From: Paraphysomonas bandaiensis | Taxonomy: Eukaryota; Protista; Chrysophyceae | Assembly: GCA_965644295.1 (NCBI GenBank) | Contig: CBFFRP010000236.1 | Span: forward strand, 124,001-188,000 | Direction: 5' to 3' | DNA: 64,000 bases | In this document: one piece after another, positions 49,484 to 64,000 of the stretch | How positions within the stretch are numbered: position 1 is the stretch's first letter | Layout of the letters: each line of letters begins with the position of its first letter | Notes under the pieces: generated by a model | The model's database searches: none | Seen by the model: only the letters and a program-made list of their open reading frames with translations | What the model was told of the DNA's origin: nothing | Translations under genes and position numbers: made by a program

Positions 49484-50944
49484 CTACCATTCCACACATG
49501 CAATCGGTTTTTGTCGCATCGTTGCGTCAACAATACAGTAATTACAAGTCGTACACTCCGACATACTAGAACCAGAATCAACTCCAGCATTTAACTCATC
49601 ATCCCTACTTTTCCACCCTTCGTTTGTACTATAACCTCGGGATAGCTTTGACGTACTCACACCTTCCCACTTCTTGACTATGCCTGGATCTCTTAATATT
49701 GCCCGGCCTGATTGCACGAGATCAAATCCATCAACTTCCATCGCATCACGAAGAGCATTGTAACTATGCACCCCACCCATTATGCACACTCTAACGTTGT
49801 GTTCCATCTTCTTTCCCTTAGTTGAGTTCCATCTTCGCAGAGTATGTAACACACACAACGCGGAGGACCGAAAATATAGCTCTTTAAAAGGAATGTACGG
49901 AATGACAAAAGAGCCGAAGAGCATAAGTGCAATACTCTTCATTCTATCTGTTGTGGCAGATATCATTCGGGCGAGGGGTACGCCACCCCGTAACATAAAG
50001 AGCCCATTCTCTAAGATTAATCCACCACTTAATGCAATAATATCAACACCACAAGCAGCAAACGACTCAGCAATAGAGCAGGCTTCCTCGACTGTCAAAC
50101 CATCCGCAGTTCCATCTACTAAGTTCAGCTTTACCATGAGTACAGCGCGTCCGTTAAGTGCATGCTTCACCAACCGCAATACTTCAGAGGGAAAGGCAAC
50201 TCTGTGAGCTAGAGATATTCCTGGGTTGAGTCTAGGAGATAGGAACTGACTGAGAAGGTACCCATGACCACAATGTATCTCCACACAATCAAACCCGGCT
50301 TCAACAGCAACTCGAGAGGCAGACACAAAATCTGTCGCCAGTTTACTCTTATCTGTAGCAGTCATTTTACGACAAAAATTGAATTGAGCTGGGTTAAAGA
50401 GACGCTGAGCAGACATTTGTTCGTGAGTGGAGTCTTCTGAGAGAGTGCGATCCGAAAAATAACCAGCGTGGGTAAGTTGAATGCATGCAAGTGAGTCATT
50501 GGAATGAATTGCATCCACCACTTGCTTCATCATTCTCTTGGATTTCTCCCTACATATCAGCTGCGCTGGAAATGAGCGGCCAGCTGGAGATACAGCAGCA
50601 TAAGCGACGATACACATACCAGCACCACCCTCAGCCATTCGTGCATGGAAAGATACGAGTTCTTCACAGGGAACACCATCTCTATCACACATTGCCTCAT
50701 ATGTTGCAGCTTTGATCACTCTATTGCGAAACTCAGTGTTTCTAATCTTAAGTCTTGAAAATGGCTTTATTGATTGTTGTGGTATGTCATATTCTGCTTG
50801 TAACTTCTTCAGTAATGCCTCAGATGTCTTTTGTACAGTTGTATCGTATATAGAAGCCGTGTAATCCGCATATCTTGCACCCACCCAATGTAAAAGATAC
50901 AACAAGAGGGGTAAACCCAAACATATTGCAATAAATGCAAGCAT
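49484..50944 (-). CDS. NADH:flavin oxidoreductase / Old Yellow Enzyme family, N-terminal membrane anchor, single exon
   Basis: FRNRVIKAATYE, IQLTHAG, AGFDCVEIHCGHGYLLSQFLSP, SGRAILRDP and C-terminal CTTCNYC...C. Confidence 0.9.
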   Translation of the reverse strand: MLAFIAICLGLPLLLYLLHWVGARYADYTASIYDTTVQKTSEALLKKLQAEYDIPQQSIKPFSRLKIRNTEFRNRVIKAATYEAMCDRDGVPCEELVSFHARMAEGGAGMCIVAYAAVSPAGRSFPAQLICREKSKRMMKQVVDAIHSNDSLACIQLTHAGYFSDRTLSEDSTHEQMSAQRLFNPAQFNFCRKMTATDKSKLATDFVSASRVAVEAGFDCVEIHCGHGYLLSQFLSPRLNPGISLAHRVAFPSEVLRLVKHALNGRAVLMVKLNLVDGTADGLTVEEACSIAESFAACGVDIIALSGGLILENGLFMLRGGVPLARMISATTDRMKSIALMLFGSFVIPYIPFKELYFRSSALCVLHTLRRWNSTKGKKMEHNVRVCIMGGVHSYNALRDAMEVDGFDLVQSGRAILRDPGIVKKWEGVSTSKLSRGYSTNEGWKSRDDELNAGVDSGSSMSECTTCNYCIVDATMRQKPIACVEW

Positions 50945-51124
50945 ATGAAATTGGGAATGGATGTAAAGTATAGTTGCAGGTTATGATGAGATGATGCTGT
51001 GGCATCGTACATAGTGTCGACAGCATCTTAGGCCACTAATTATAGTGGAGACAAAAGACAAAACGACAAAAGACATTTTTTTTCATCAGAATTGTTTTTG
51101 TCGGGTGCAAACGAAGCCGTAATT

Positions 51125-51344
51125 GGGTGACTACCTAAATTGCATAAATACATAAATGCATAAAAAGTCTGGGATTATAAAAATCTATTCAGACCCAGTT
51201 TCTGCATATGTTTATGCATATAGGATAGTTTGTACGAGGGGTCCGGAGGGGTCTCCTAAAAAATCATAAATCTGCATAAATTCATGAGTTTATGCAGCCT
51301 ATTTTTTATGCATTTATGTGTTTGTGCAATTTAGGTAGTCACCC
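51125..51344. mobile_element. Nested 220-bp MITE
   Basis: ~42-bp TIRs GGGTGACTACCTAAATTGCA...; ATT on both flanks. Confidence 0.85.
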
Positions 51345-51492
51345 ATTATAGTGCACACAGAAAGACAAAAGACAAAACAGTGTTTTTGTGTTTAAATTCA
51401 AATTTCTTTTCATTCTCTGTTCGCTTGATCTCACTGAATATATTGCGAAGCAAAGCATTAAGCATTGACAGTGACTGTGTAAAGTTGATAGC

Positions 51493-52095
51493 ATGATATT
51501 TCGCGTGTGTGCATTGTCCCGGAAGTTGTCACTGCATAAAAAGAAGAGGGCATCCTTGATCAAACAGCTCTTGAAGCAATCTCGAGTGTCTAGTGAGGAT
51601 CGTATAATTGCAAGAAGAAATGTCTACGAACGGATTTACTACGATAAGACGCCATGGGGACTCCTGCTGAGGGATGCAAGGATAAGAGACCCCACTACTC
51701 GTGAAGGTATGACTTTTGGTATTGTATTATATACCATGTCACACTGCCTCAGGCAAGCAATTCAGAACGCGTTTTCGAATTCCGTATCAAATGTTTCAAG
51801 AGATAGTTGAATGGGCTAAAGATTCATCACTTCGTAAGAACAAGTTAACAGGGAAGCCCATCGTTGATACTGACGCATCAGGTATTTCTCCTGTTTCCAA
51901 TAGTTAAGTTTTTTAGAACTGTGTACTATAGGTCGCAAATCAACACCAAATGACTTACTAGTCCTCGGAGTACTGCGTGTATTAGGGCGAGGAATGTGTT
52001 TTGATGGAATTTCTGAGCTTAATGGAGCATCATTCTCAGTTAATCGTGTATTTTTTCACGATTTCTGTCAATTATATGCGAGGGACAAATTTTGA
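51493..52095 (+). pseudogene. Truncated Harbinger-type transposase with two introns
   Basis: Removing GT-AG introns (~51707-51751, ~51882-51931) gives TPWGLLLRD...GKQFRTRFRIPYQMF...DASGRKSTPNDLLVLGVLRVLGRGMCFDGISE...RVFFHDFC, which stops before the DDE core. Confidence 0.7.
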
Positions 52096-53942
52096 ATTCT
52101 GCTCATTCTCTGCTCGCTAGATCTCACTGAATATACTGCGAAGCAAAGCATTAAGCATCGACACAAGTCACAGGGTTGAAAGAGCTGGGTGTTACTGCCC
52201 TTAACTTCCTATACAGCATCAGATATGGCACTTAAACTCTCCTGTAATATTCTTGCTCTTGTTTCGAAGTCCAGGTTATGAAGATAGATCGCATGCACTG
52301 ACATCATTATTATCTTCCACATCAGACGAAAGACGGATGATGACTTGGAGTGTTTGATGAACTCCTTTTGATAGTTGACTCATCATTGTGGTTTCTCTAT
52401 AATTTTGTAATATAACGATATCTATATATCTATACATATGACTGCCAATATCATAATTGATACTTAAGATAGAAGTGAGTTTCTGTTAACCCAATATTGA
52501 AGTTGAATGTGTATATTTAGTTTATTACAATATTAGTAAGATTAGTTTAGTTTAGTAAGATTAAATGCATCTTACAGTTAGATCATGTGATAATTATTAG
52601 TCAATCGTAATAAACAAAGTTGTGAATTTAAAACTGACACTGACAAACGTCATTATAACTAACGTGTATAATAGAGGAACAACATATGTATAAAACAAAC
52701 AGAACTTGCATGGATAACAGACAATCAATCGGACCAAGATAGTTACCATTGGTTGGCGTTGCTGTTAGTGTCATTGTCCTCGCCTTCGAGAGTTATGCCA
52801 GCTCTCTTCTTATCCTTTCAGCTTCTTTACGATTCCAGGAGAGCTCCACCGTCTTGACGAGCAACTCTCTCATCTGCACGCCTGACGGTATTGTTTCGTC
52901 CTGCATCAACAAATATTACTATTGAATAACATTATAAGATATATATACCTTATTCAAAAGGATAACAAAATCTGGAGTGAACTCATTAATGACTGACTTC
53001 CTTCTTTATTTCCAGTGTTGTTTAAGTCTTCCAAATAGTTTCAGAGTTGATTCCAAAGAGTTCCTTATTGTATGTATGTAGTAAGTTTAAATCAACACAC
53101 ACTCTTCACCTTTCACAATCTGATCAATAGTTATGGTTCCTGCCGGAATATACTCGGTCAGGGATACGGTTTCATTGATGTAGATGTCAGTGCTTTCATT
53201 GTTGACAGGAGTGCGGCGTGTCGTAAGAAGTTTCACAGACATATTTCTCCAAGCTCTGTAATCGTCGTGGTCTTGACACCATGGGTCTCCATGCCTGCCA
53301 AAGCAATGGCAAGCTTCTGCCAATGCTTGAGACTATAAATCATTGCGCCTGGTGCTGTTTACGAGGTGTATGACTATTAATGAAGCTCCATTGTGTAAAA
53401 ATGTCTTCCACTCTCGATTTCTGTCCTTGAAGACAAAAAGACATAAATTTGCTCATATTTATGTCTTTCGACGGATTTCTGTCTTTTGTCCTCCTATAAC
53501 TACAGCTTTTCAAAGACAGAAGACATTTTTCTGGAAAAATGTCTTCTGTCTTTTTGTCTTTTGTCTCACTATAATTAGTGGCCTTATAGATATCTACTAA
53601 AACCTCGAGTTTTTTATAAATCTGTAGTGATAAATTAGGATTTTTATTTATATCCTGAAAAATTGGTGAAAACACAACTATTTCAACCAACCAAACTGAA
53701 AATAAAAAAAATATTCATATAATTAACAAAAACTGAAAACAAATCGTATCTTGAAACGTCATGACATCTCCACCTCATATATATATATCAAAATATATTG
53801 TGTGGTGTAGAAATGAAGTTCAATATTAATGATTTAAATTACTTTGAACTTCATTATTTTTCATAGTAAGTGAATTTCATATTCTCATATTAAGAAAACA
53901 ATCCAACTCATTCCTCATAATTTCATCAAGTCATACAAGGAA

Positions 53943-57402
<3,460 letters not shown>

Positions 57403-57832
57403 TTATTTTACACACTATATATATTTTTAAACTAAATATTAATCTAATCTTTTTTGACGCCAATTTGAATCACCAGCTAACTAGTTGATTAGCCCTACTA
57501 TATATCTCTATACTTTGCGTGTTATTAGCAATTGTGTAAGCAAATAATATCTGCAACAATTATGTTGATTGGTAATTATAGTACTGAATTTATTCTAATT
57601 GGAATAAATATATTAGTTATTGCGTGTATAATTGAAAGCGATGATACTTACATACTTACATGTAGCTAGTTATAGGTTCAAACTTGCAACTTAGGACATT
57701 CAACACCATGAGTTCAGTTGTGTTCATTCTGAAACTGAGAAAGGGATTATCTAATTAGCTTCATTGACGACGTCTGTTCTAAATTATCTATACCAATTTT
57801 TAATCCCAATAAGCAGGAGGAAAATAGATATC

Positions 57833-58249
57833 CGTAGTGAAGGTGCTTAGGAGTTAAGAGTTAGGATGAATACAAAATATAGTTATATAGCATTGCAATT
57901 TTAATAACTGGTGCTTAACTCTGATATCCTATTGTAATGCTACGACACTACGAAAGCAGCTTGTGCCACTTTCGCTCTATATAGACATCCAACTCCATCA
58001 ACAAAGTCGCTTGTGTAGACTTCTTTGGGCCTTGACGAATAAACAGGCATCCATTCACTATTATACCTAGCGAGTGGGAGTAATGAACACTAGCGTCCCT
58101 TGGTTTTGCGCAGGACTACCTGAACAATATATATCCTGAGTGCTGAGGATATTAATGTAAAGCACTAGTTAAGAACTGAATAAAAATTGCAATTCTGTAT
58201 TAGCTCTGACTCCTAAGCTCCCTTTGCTAAAAGTAAGACATTCACTACG
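57833..58249. mobile_element. Degenerate fold-back element / MITE
   Basis: Nested imperfect inverted matches: CGTAGTGAA/TTCACTACG, GCTTAGGAGT/ACTCCTAAGC, and ATTGCAATTTT...ATATCCT / AGGATAT...AAAATTGCAAT. Confidence 0.5.
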
Positions 58250-58966
58250 TTTTTGTTGTAGCTATTATATTCAAACTTTGTGTTAGGTGTTAGTCCTGTA
58301 CAAATGCTATTCCCTTACTATTGTGAGCATTGAACAAAATCTATTTTGTGGTCGGTCCACCAATCAATATATTGTTACCGAGCCCTGGTAGATACCATTG
58401 ATTTGAAGCAATACATTGATATTAGTCATTGAACACTACTTCATCTTACAGCATGCCAGCAAAAAGCTATACGCTTTAGATATATAAGGTTTTTAATATC
58501 ATAAGAATAGCAAGCTTCAATTTAACTGCATCCATTGCAATCTTTTGTTTTTAATTCCATTCTTAAGATGAAACCAGAACACAATAAAATCCAACGTCTT
58601 TAACTCACATTAGCGACAATCTGAGTTGTCTTTTTGCGAAGTTGCATTCGAGACTTATTACCTGTTAGTGCCGGGAAAGACTTGAAGGGAAGGTGTTCTG
58701 AGGCGAAGAAGGGTGGCGCAACCTTTCACAGCATGCCATCAAGCACGCTGGATTGGTTGGATGTATATTTTCTAACTGTAGGGATGTAGCACAAACGCAC
58801 AAACAATATCCACTAAGCTGCAAGGGAAAAAGTATACATAGTAAAAAACACCACATTGTTTTCAGTTTTCACTGTGAATTAACAGACGAGAAAAAACTGC
58901 ATTGTTACTGTGTATCACAAATAAACAGTTGTATAGAAATAACGAAAAGAATATCCCTAAATTTGT

Positions 58967-60530
58967 TTAATTGAGCCAATCCGGTTTAGATCTTTGGCAA
59001 GGAGATCTCTTCTTCACCTTTTGTTGCGAATTGGCACCGGCTTTGGTCCCGTGCCTAGAACCATCCATCTTGCGAGTTCCAGTTTGTGACATATATGCTG
59101 AAGATTTGCTGCTGGTAGATCTATCGACTGACCTATCCAGTGATATTTCAGCAGCTCTATCCGGCATGCTGACAGCGGGATGAGAGTGGTGAAATAGCAA
59201 CGTGCTTTTCGCATTGTCATCAACTGTCCCGTCTACAACATCGTCATCCTGTGAAATAGGTTCACGTGATCCCATACGCACAAAGTTCGCGCCATGCGGA
59301 TGATTATTAGAACGCAATCCACACAGCGAAGATAGACACCCGCCTCGCTTACGATGCTCAACCTCTTCAACCCGTTGCTGACGTTGGTGCTTGATATGTT
59401 CAAGACGGGCCTCTAAAGAAGCTTTTTGTTTTTTCTCTTTCGCTAGTGCGGCTTCCAAGGTGGCGACATGAGATCGCGAGCTACTTAAGTCCCACATTGT
59501 GGATTCAAGCTGTCGCTTGAGAGCCTCATTTTCCTCTTCAAGAGCCCGAATGTCATCGTTATCCCGTTCATAACACGCAGACAACTTCTCCTCTGAATAT
59601 TAATTTAAAACTAGAATATTCGATACAAAACCACACCAGGTGCTCACCTTCCCCTATCACTGACGCTAGAGGTTTCGCCTTTTCCCTGGCAACAGCTTGT
59701 AGCTTGATACTGCTGCTACTGGACGTGGACAGTGACCGCTCCCGCTGTATGTGCTCCTGGTCATAGTCATCCTAATACATGACAGAGGGGTCACAACATG
59801 GGACAGAAGATATGATTATTATCCATACGTACCATAACACCATCCACACAGTAAGTTACGCTCTCCCCCATTTCAGAGTCAGAAGCGATACTCATGCTGT
59901 CCTCTGCATTTCCCTATAGCCGAACTCAGGAACAAAACATATACGATAGAACTAGGACTTACATCACTCTCTAAGTGTTTGGGGGTGATAGTGACATCAA
60001 TTGTCAAGCCATCATATGCACATTTAGTTAGCGGTAAGACTTCCCTTGTCTCACCATACATCTTTGCATAAGTATGTAGTGGCAGCATAGCCACTCCGAA
60101 CACTTTATATGTCTCATCTGCATTTTGTTTTTCACGAACCACAAGTCGACCAGTTTTCTCCTGCATTACTGTTACATCAATATCCATATCAGTTATACAG
60201 AACTCACTAGATAATGATCATTACTACTCTGATAGAGTGTTGCAATAATAGATAACGTCTGTTCAAACACCACTTCACTGGTTCCATTTGCACAATCATG
60301 AAATACTGCATCATTAGTTGATTCTGTTTTTCTTCCTCTTTCAAAACATACATTCAATCTTGCATTTGGTCCAATAATATTCCCTTGTTTGGATATAAGA
60401 TAATGTACTATAGATGGTATAATGATTATATGCAATATATATACATATCATTCCAACCTTTTACTTGAAAGAGTATCTTAAAGGGTTTTGTTCCTCTTCT
60501 TTTACTTAATTTTGTTACTTTTTTTAACAT
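58967..60530 (-). CDS. NT-C2 (EEIG1/EHBP1-type) domain plus coiled-coil protein (multi-exon)
   Basis: KPFKILFQVK...LNVCFERGRK...VVFEQTLSIIATLYQ...EKTGRLVVRE...GVAMLPLHTYA...LPL follows the NT-C2 pattern; a coiled coil follows. Confidence 0.7.
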
Positions 60531-61392
60531 GGTATATATATATATATATGTACTTATATATGAAGATCTACGTAAGGAAAGAAGTGTATAGGGTCTTATT
60601 CTAACCCTACAGGGATTTCTATACTTTATTCATTGTATATATCAATAGACTTCATTATATAGACTTCAATTGATGTGATGTTACTATATATGCATATCAT
60701 CATATCATATATATAAGAAGTTATAGAGCAAAGTGTTGTTCTGAATTTTATCTTATCTTTTATTAATTGTATAAAAATCCCAAGAATCTGTTCTGTGAAT
60801 TCTTATATTAGTCTAAAATATAGTGTTTTTTATTCTGAAAGGGAAATATTAGGGATTTATAGGAATATTGTGTTTATTGACAGAATCAGAACGAACATAT
60901 ACACGTATTTATATACTTAAAGAATTCTAGAAGAACTGCTGTGCATAATCCTTTTATACTATAGAAATCCTGATTTTCAGATGTTACGACAGTATTTTCA
61001 GAGTATTTATAATATTATGTCCAAGTAATATACGTGATTTTATGCAGGATATATAAATTTCCTAGTTTTTGTCTTTATAATTTGTAAGGTTTTTGTACAT
61101 ATATATGAACACTGTAAAACAACATCACACTTGCATATGGTGTTGTATATGTAGATATACATACATACACGAGAGAGACATATGCTCTACATATATACAG
61201 TACATAGCAGTTTGAAACGAAGTGTAAACATACTTCACTTAAAATTTATTCACTTCATATAAATAAGTGAATTTATCATCTCATATTCTTACGTATATAT
61301 CCATACATACCACTATATAATCACTCATACTATACACATCCTCATATATATACACACATATCTCACAATATAGAGAGAGATCTTCATAAATT

Positions 61393-63844
61393 ATGGGTGC
61401 TGGTGCTAGTTCTATTAATCGTTTACGTAAAGCACTTATAATGCGTGCATATAATACACGTAATGCAGATGAAACACTTGAAGAACAGTTTCATAAACAT
61501 ACATATCGAAAGGTTCATATATATATACATTAGAGACTCTAATGATATGATTAACAGGGAGATATACTGTATATCTCTATACAAGATGTGAAGAGAGCAT
61601 TATCAGTTGATGCACAATGGGTTGATCAACTGTTTGAAAGGGCCATGGGCTGTGATGTGAGTATATGCTGTGTATGTATGTGTGTCTATATGGGCTGTGA
61701 TGTGAGTGTATGCTATGTATGTGTGTCTATATGAGCTGTGATGTGAGTGTATACTGTGTATGTATGTATGTGTGTCTATATATGGGCTGTGATGTGAGTG
61801 TATGTATGTATGTATGTGTGTCTATATGGGCTGTGATGTGAGTGTATACTGTGTATGTATGTATGTGTGTCTATATATGGGCTGTGATGTGAGTGTATGT
61901 ATGCTATGTATGTATGTATGTCTATATATGGGCTGTGATGTGAGTGTATGCTATGTATGTGTGTCTATATGAGCTGTGATGTGAGTGTATACTGTGTATG
62001 TATGTATGTGTGTCTATATATGGGCTGTGATGTGAGTGTATGTATGTATGTATGTGTGTCTATATGGGCTGTGATGTGAGTGTATACTGTGTATGTATGT
62101 ATGTGTGTCTATATATGGGCTGTGATGTGAGTGTATGTATGCTATGTATGTATGTATGTCTATATATGGGCTGTGATGCTGGTCTTATGTCACTGTTATA
62201 TATATATAAGACTAACTATTCTTATATACAGGTTCAAGATTTTGAGTTTTCTGATTTTATGGACTTTTTGGAAACTGGAAAATTGGTATTACAAATTGTT
62301 ATTGCTAAATGTTGTGACCTTGTATGTCAGCCATTACCACCCTGTGATAGAGGGGCATCCAGCAAGACTGCAGCCTTCGTAAAAGGACTAGAGAGTCGCA
62401 GAAGCCGTGGTCCTCCTGAGTTCAAACACAAGAAACAATTTCCTCCAAGCCCGCCCAGAAAAACCCCTCCTAAGTACACACGTTCCACAAGCTACTCGCG
62501 ATACATTCCACGTGAGTACACAGCGTTGTTTATGATTCTGTAATATTTATGTCGTACAGCATTCAATGCAGACACTTGTACAATATACCCGGGTACTATC
62601 CGTGCCCTTGGCCTGAATGTAAGAATTTTCTTCATTGTTTGTTATCTTTGCTCTCATCCATGTCTGTGTACAGACTCTGGCACAGGGAATACACAGCGGT
62701 ACTGTTGTGCGATCAAAGGGTGACGCCATTGCATTGAATTTTAAGGATGCCTATAAGAGCCCACATGTGACAAGACCTCTCTGGCGTAAGCGTGAAGTCG
62801 TTAGACAAGAACGGACCATCCACTACACTACAGTGGATGCAGAGGGTGTACAGCAGGTAAAATAAAGGATTCCGTAAATAGTGTAGTTTTCAGTGTTGAA
62901 TTTACACGGATATTTACATCTCGCAATTTCATAGGAATTAGTGGAGCGGGAGATGCAACAAACTGAAGTGCTTCATATGGAATGTAGAGACACCGGTGAA
63001 TTTGCTCATAGAGAGACTACCGACTATGAGCAGCTAGAAACTTTTAATAATGAGGTGCGTGGTTTAGAGTTTTTACACGATGTTATCATGTTCGACACAG
63101 GTAGTGACTGAGATCTGCGGTAACGAGGAGTACGTCCACCTGAAGTCCAAAGAAGATGAATTTGAATACATGGAGAGTAATATGCCCAAGAAAGAGGCCC
63201 CTCCTACGGAGGAAGAACCCGAGGTGGAGATGCCTGCTGATGATGGGGTAGGAGCCCCGCATTCAACATGTGCGGAGGGTGGGGAAACTCCCCGTGGAGG
63301 CATGGGTGTAGAGACAGACCCTGTGGATGAAGAAGGATATCCACCTCGTGCCCCTTCCTTTAAGCAGCAGCCCATGTCTACAGATCCGGATGAAGAAGAT
63401 CCATTTTATAATAGAGGTGATCAAGGGCAAGTTCCGTCCCCGTCAGCTGGGGGTTGGGCATCTATGGGGCAACAGTCATGGGTCCCTCCATCCGCCGAAG
63501 ATTATGGTGAAGACCCACATATACCATCTGGGATTAAGGAGGACCTGTTTACTCAGGACAGCCAGGAGAAGGAGTATGACCGAGAAGCTGCCAGATTCAG
63601 AGAGGGGAAGTCTTCATCTAAGGCTGACATATGGACCGCTGACGATGATCATGAACTCACGTCAGCTGACTTTAGAGACAGCAAAGATGATGATGAGCCC
63701 CAATCAAAGCCATGGAGCCATCAACATAGTGCTGATCCGCTGGGTGAAACCATGAATGGACACCGCTATGGTATAGACAGTAAAGAAGACGATGAGGAAG
63801 CACCAAGAATTGTGAAATGGGGTACAGAAGATGATATTGATTAG
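61393..63844 (+). CDS. Hypothetical protein with MGAGAS N-myristoylation motif and acidic tail (multi-exon)
   Basis: Start MGAGASS; exons splice in frame via GT-AG introns; ordered core WRKREVVRQERTIHYTTVD...EYVHLKS. Confidence 0.7.
61646..62180. repeat. Compound tandem repeat (41-51 bp units, 238-bp higher-order duplication) spanning an exon/intron junction
   Basis: 12 copies of GCTGTGATG; copies recur at a 238-bp offset (61695/61933, 61736/61974, 61787/62025). Confidence 0.9.
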
Positions 63845-64000
63845 CATTAATTGTCACTGTCAGTGTGTAGGTAATTATGCAATCCTCTTTATGTACAGTG
63901 TACACTTATATGGATTACTTTTGCATTGCTGCCTTTGTAATCATATAAGTTGTATAAAATATCATTGTTATCTTAAGTAAGTACTGTAAGATGAAGATAT

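Larger units (their letters stand above)
51031..53583 (+). mobile_element. PIF/Harbinger DNA transposon, non-autonomous or decayed
   Basis: ~32-bp TIRs GGCCACTAATTATAGTG(G)AGACAAAAGACAAAA; TTA duplicated at 51028-51030 and 53584-53586; internal transposase fragment. Confidence 0.9.

Overview
Gene-dense eukaryotic nuclear DNA with short GT-AG introns, probably from a flagellated protist (CCDC103 is present; a stramenopile origin is my inference). About 16 protein genes are supported: cyclin Y, a small Tudor protein, CCDC103, SLX4, a large zinc-finger/DEAH helicase/RRM-KH/RBR ligase, APE2, a C2H2+FHA-like protein, a WD40 protein, a SWEET transporter, a GT23-like protein, an OYE-family oxidoreductase, arginyl-tRNA synthetase, an NT-C2 protein and several hypotheticals. 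The two most notable items are (1) an intronless 1800-aa NLR-like STAND protein with an N-terminal R-S-E ADP-ribosyltransferase domain (ART-NACHT-pentapeptide-WD40), and (2) a cluster of five box C/D snoRNA candidates in four ArgRS introns, with terminal stems and rRNA-antisense guides. The window also holds a TSD-flanked PIF/Harbinger element with a nested MITE, scrambled hAT and pogo relics with inverted duplications, intronic minisatellites (one multiplies a 5' splice donor), long (TATG)n tracts upstream of genes, and a dispersed GNRA-hairpin motif. Exon boundaries were read by eye and are approximate; rRNA targets come from recalled conserved rRNA sequence, not this organism's own rRNA.
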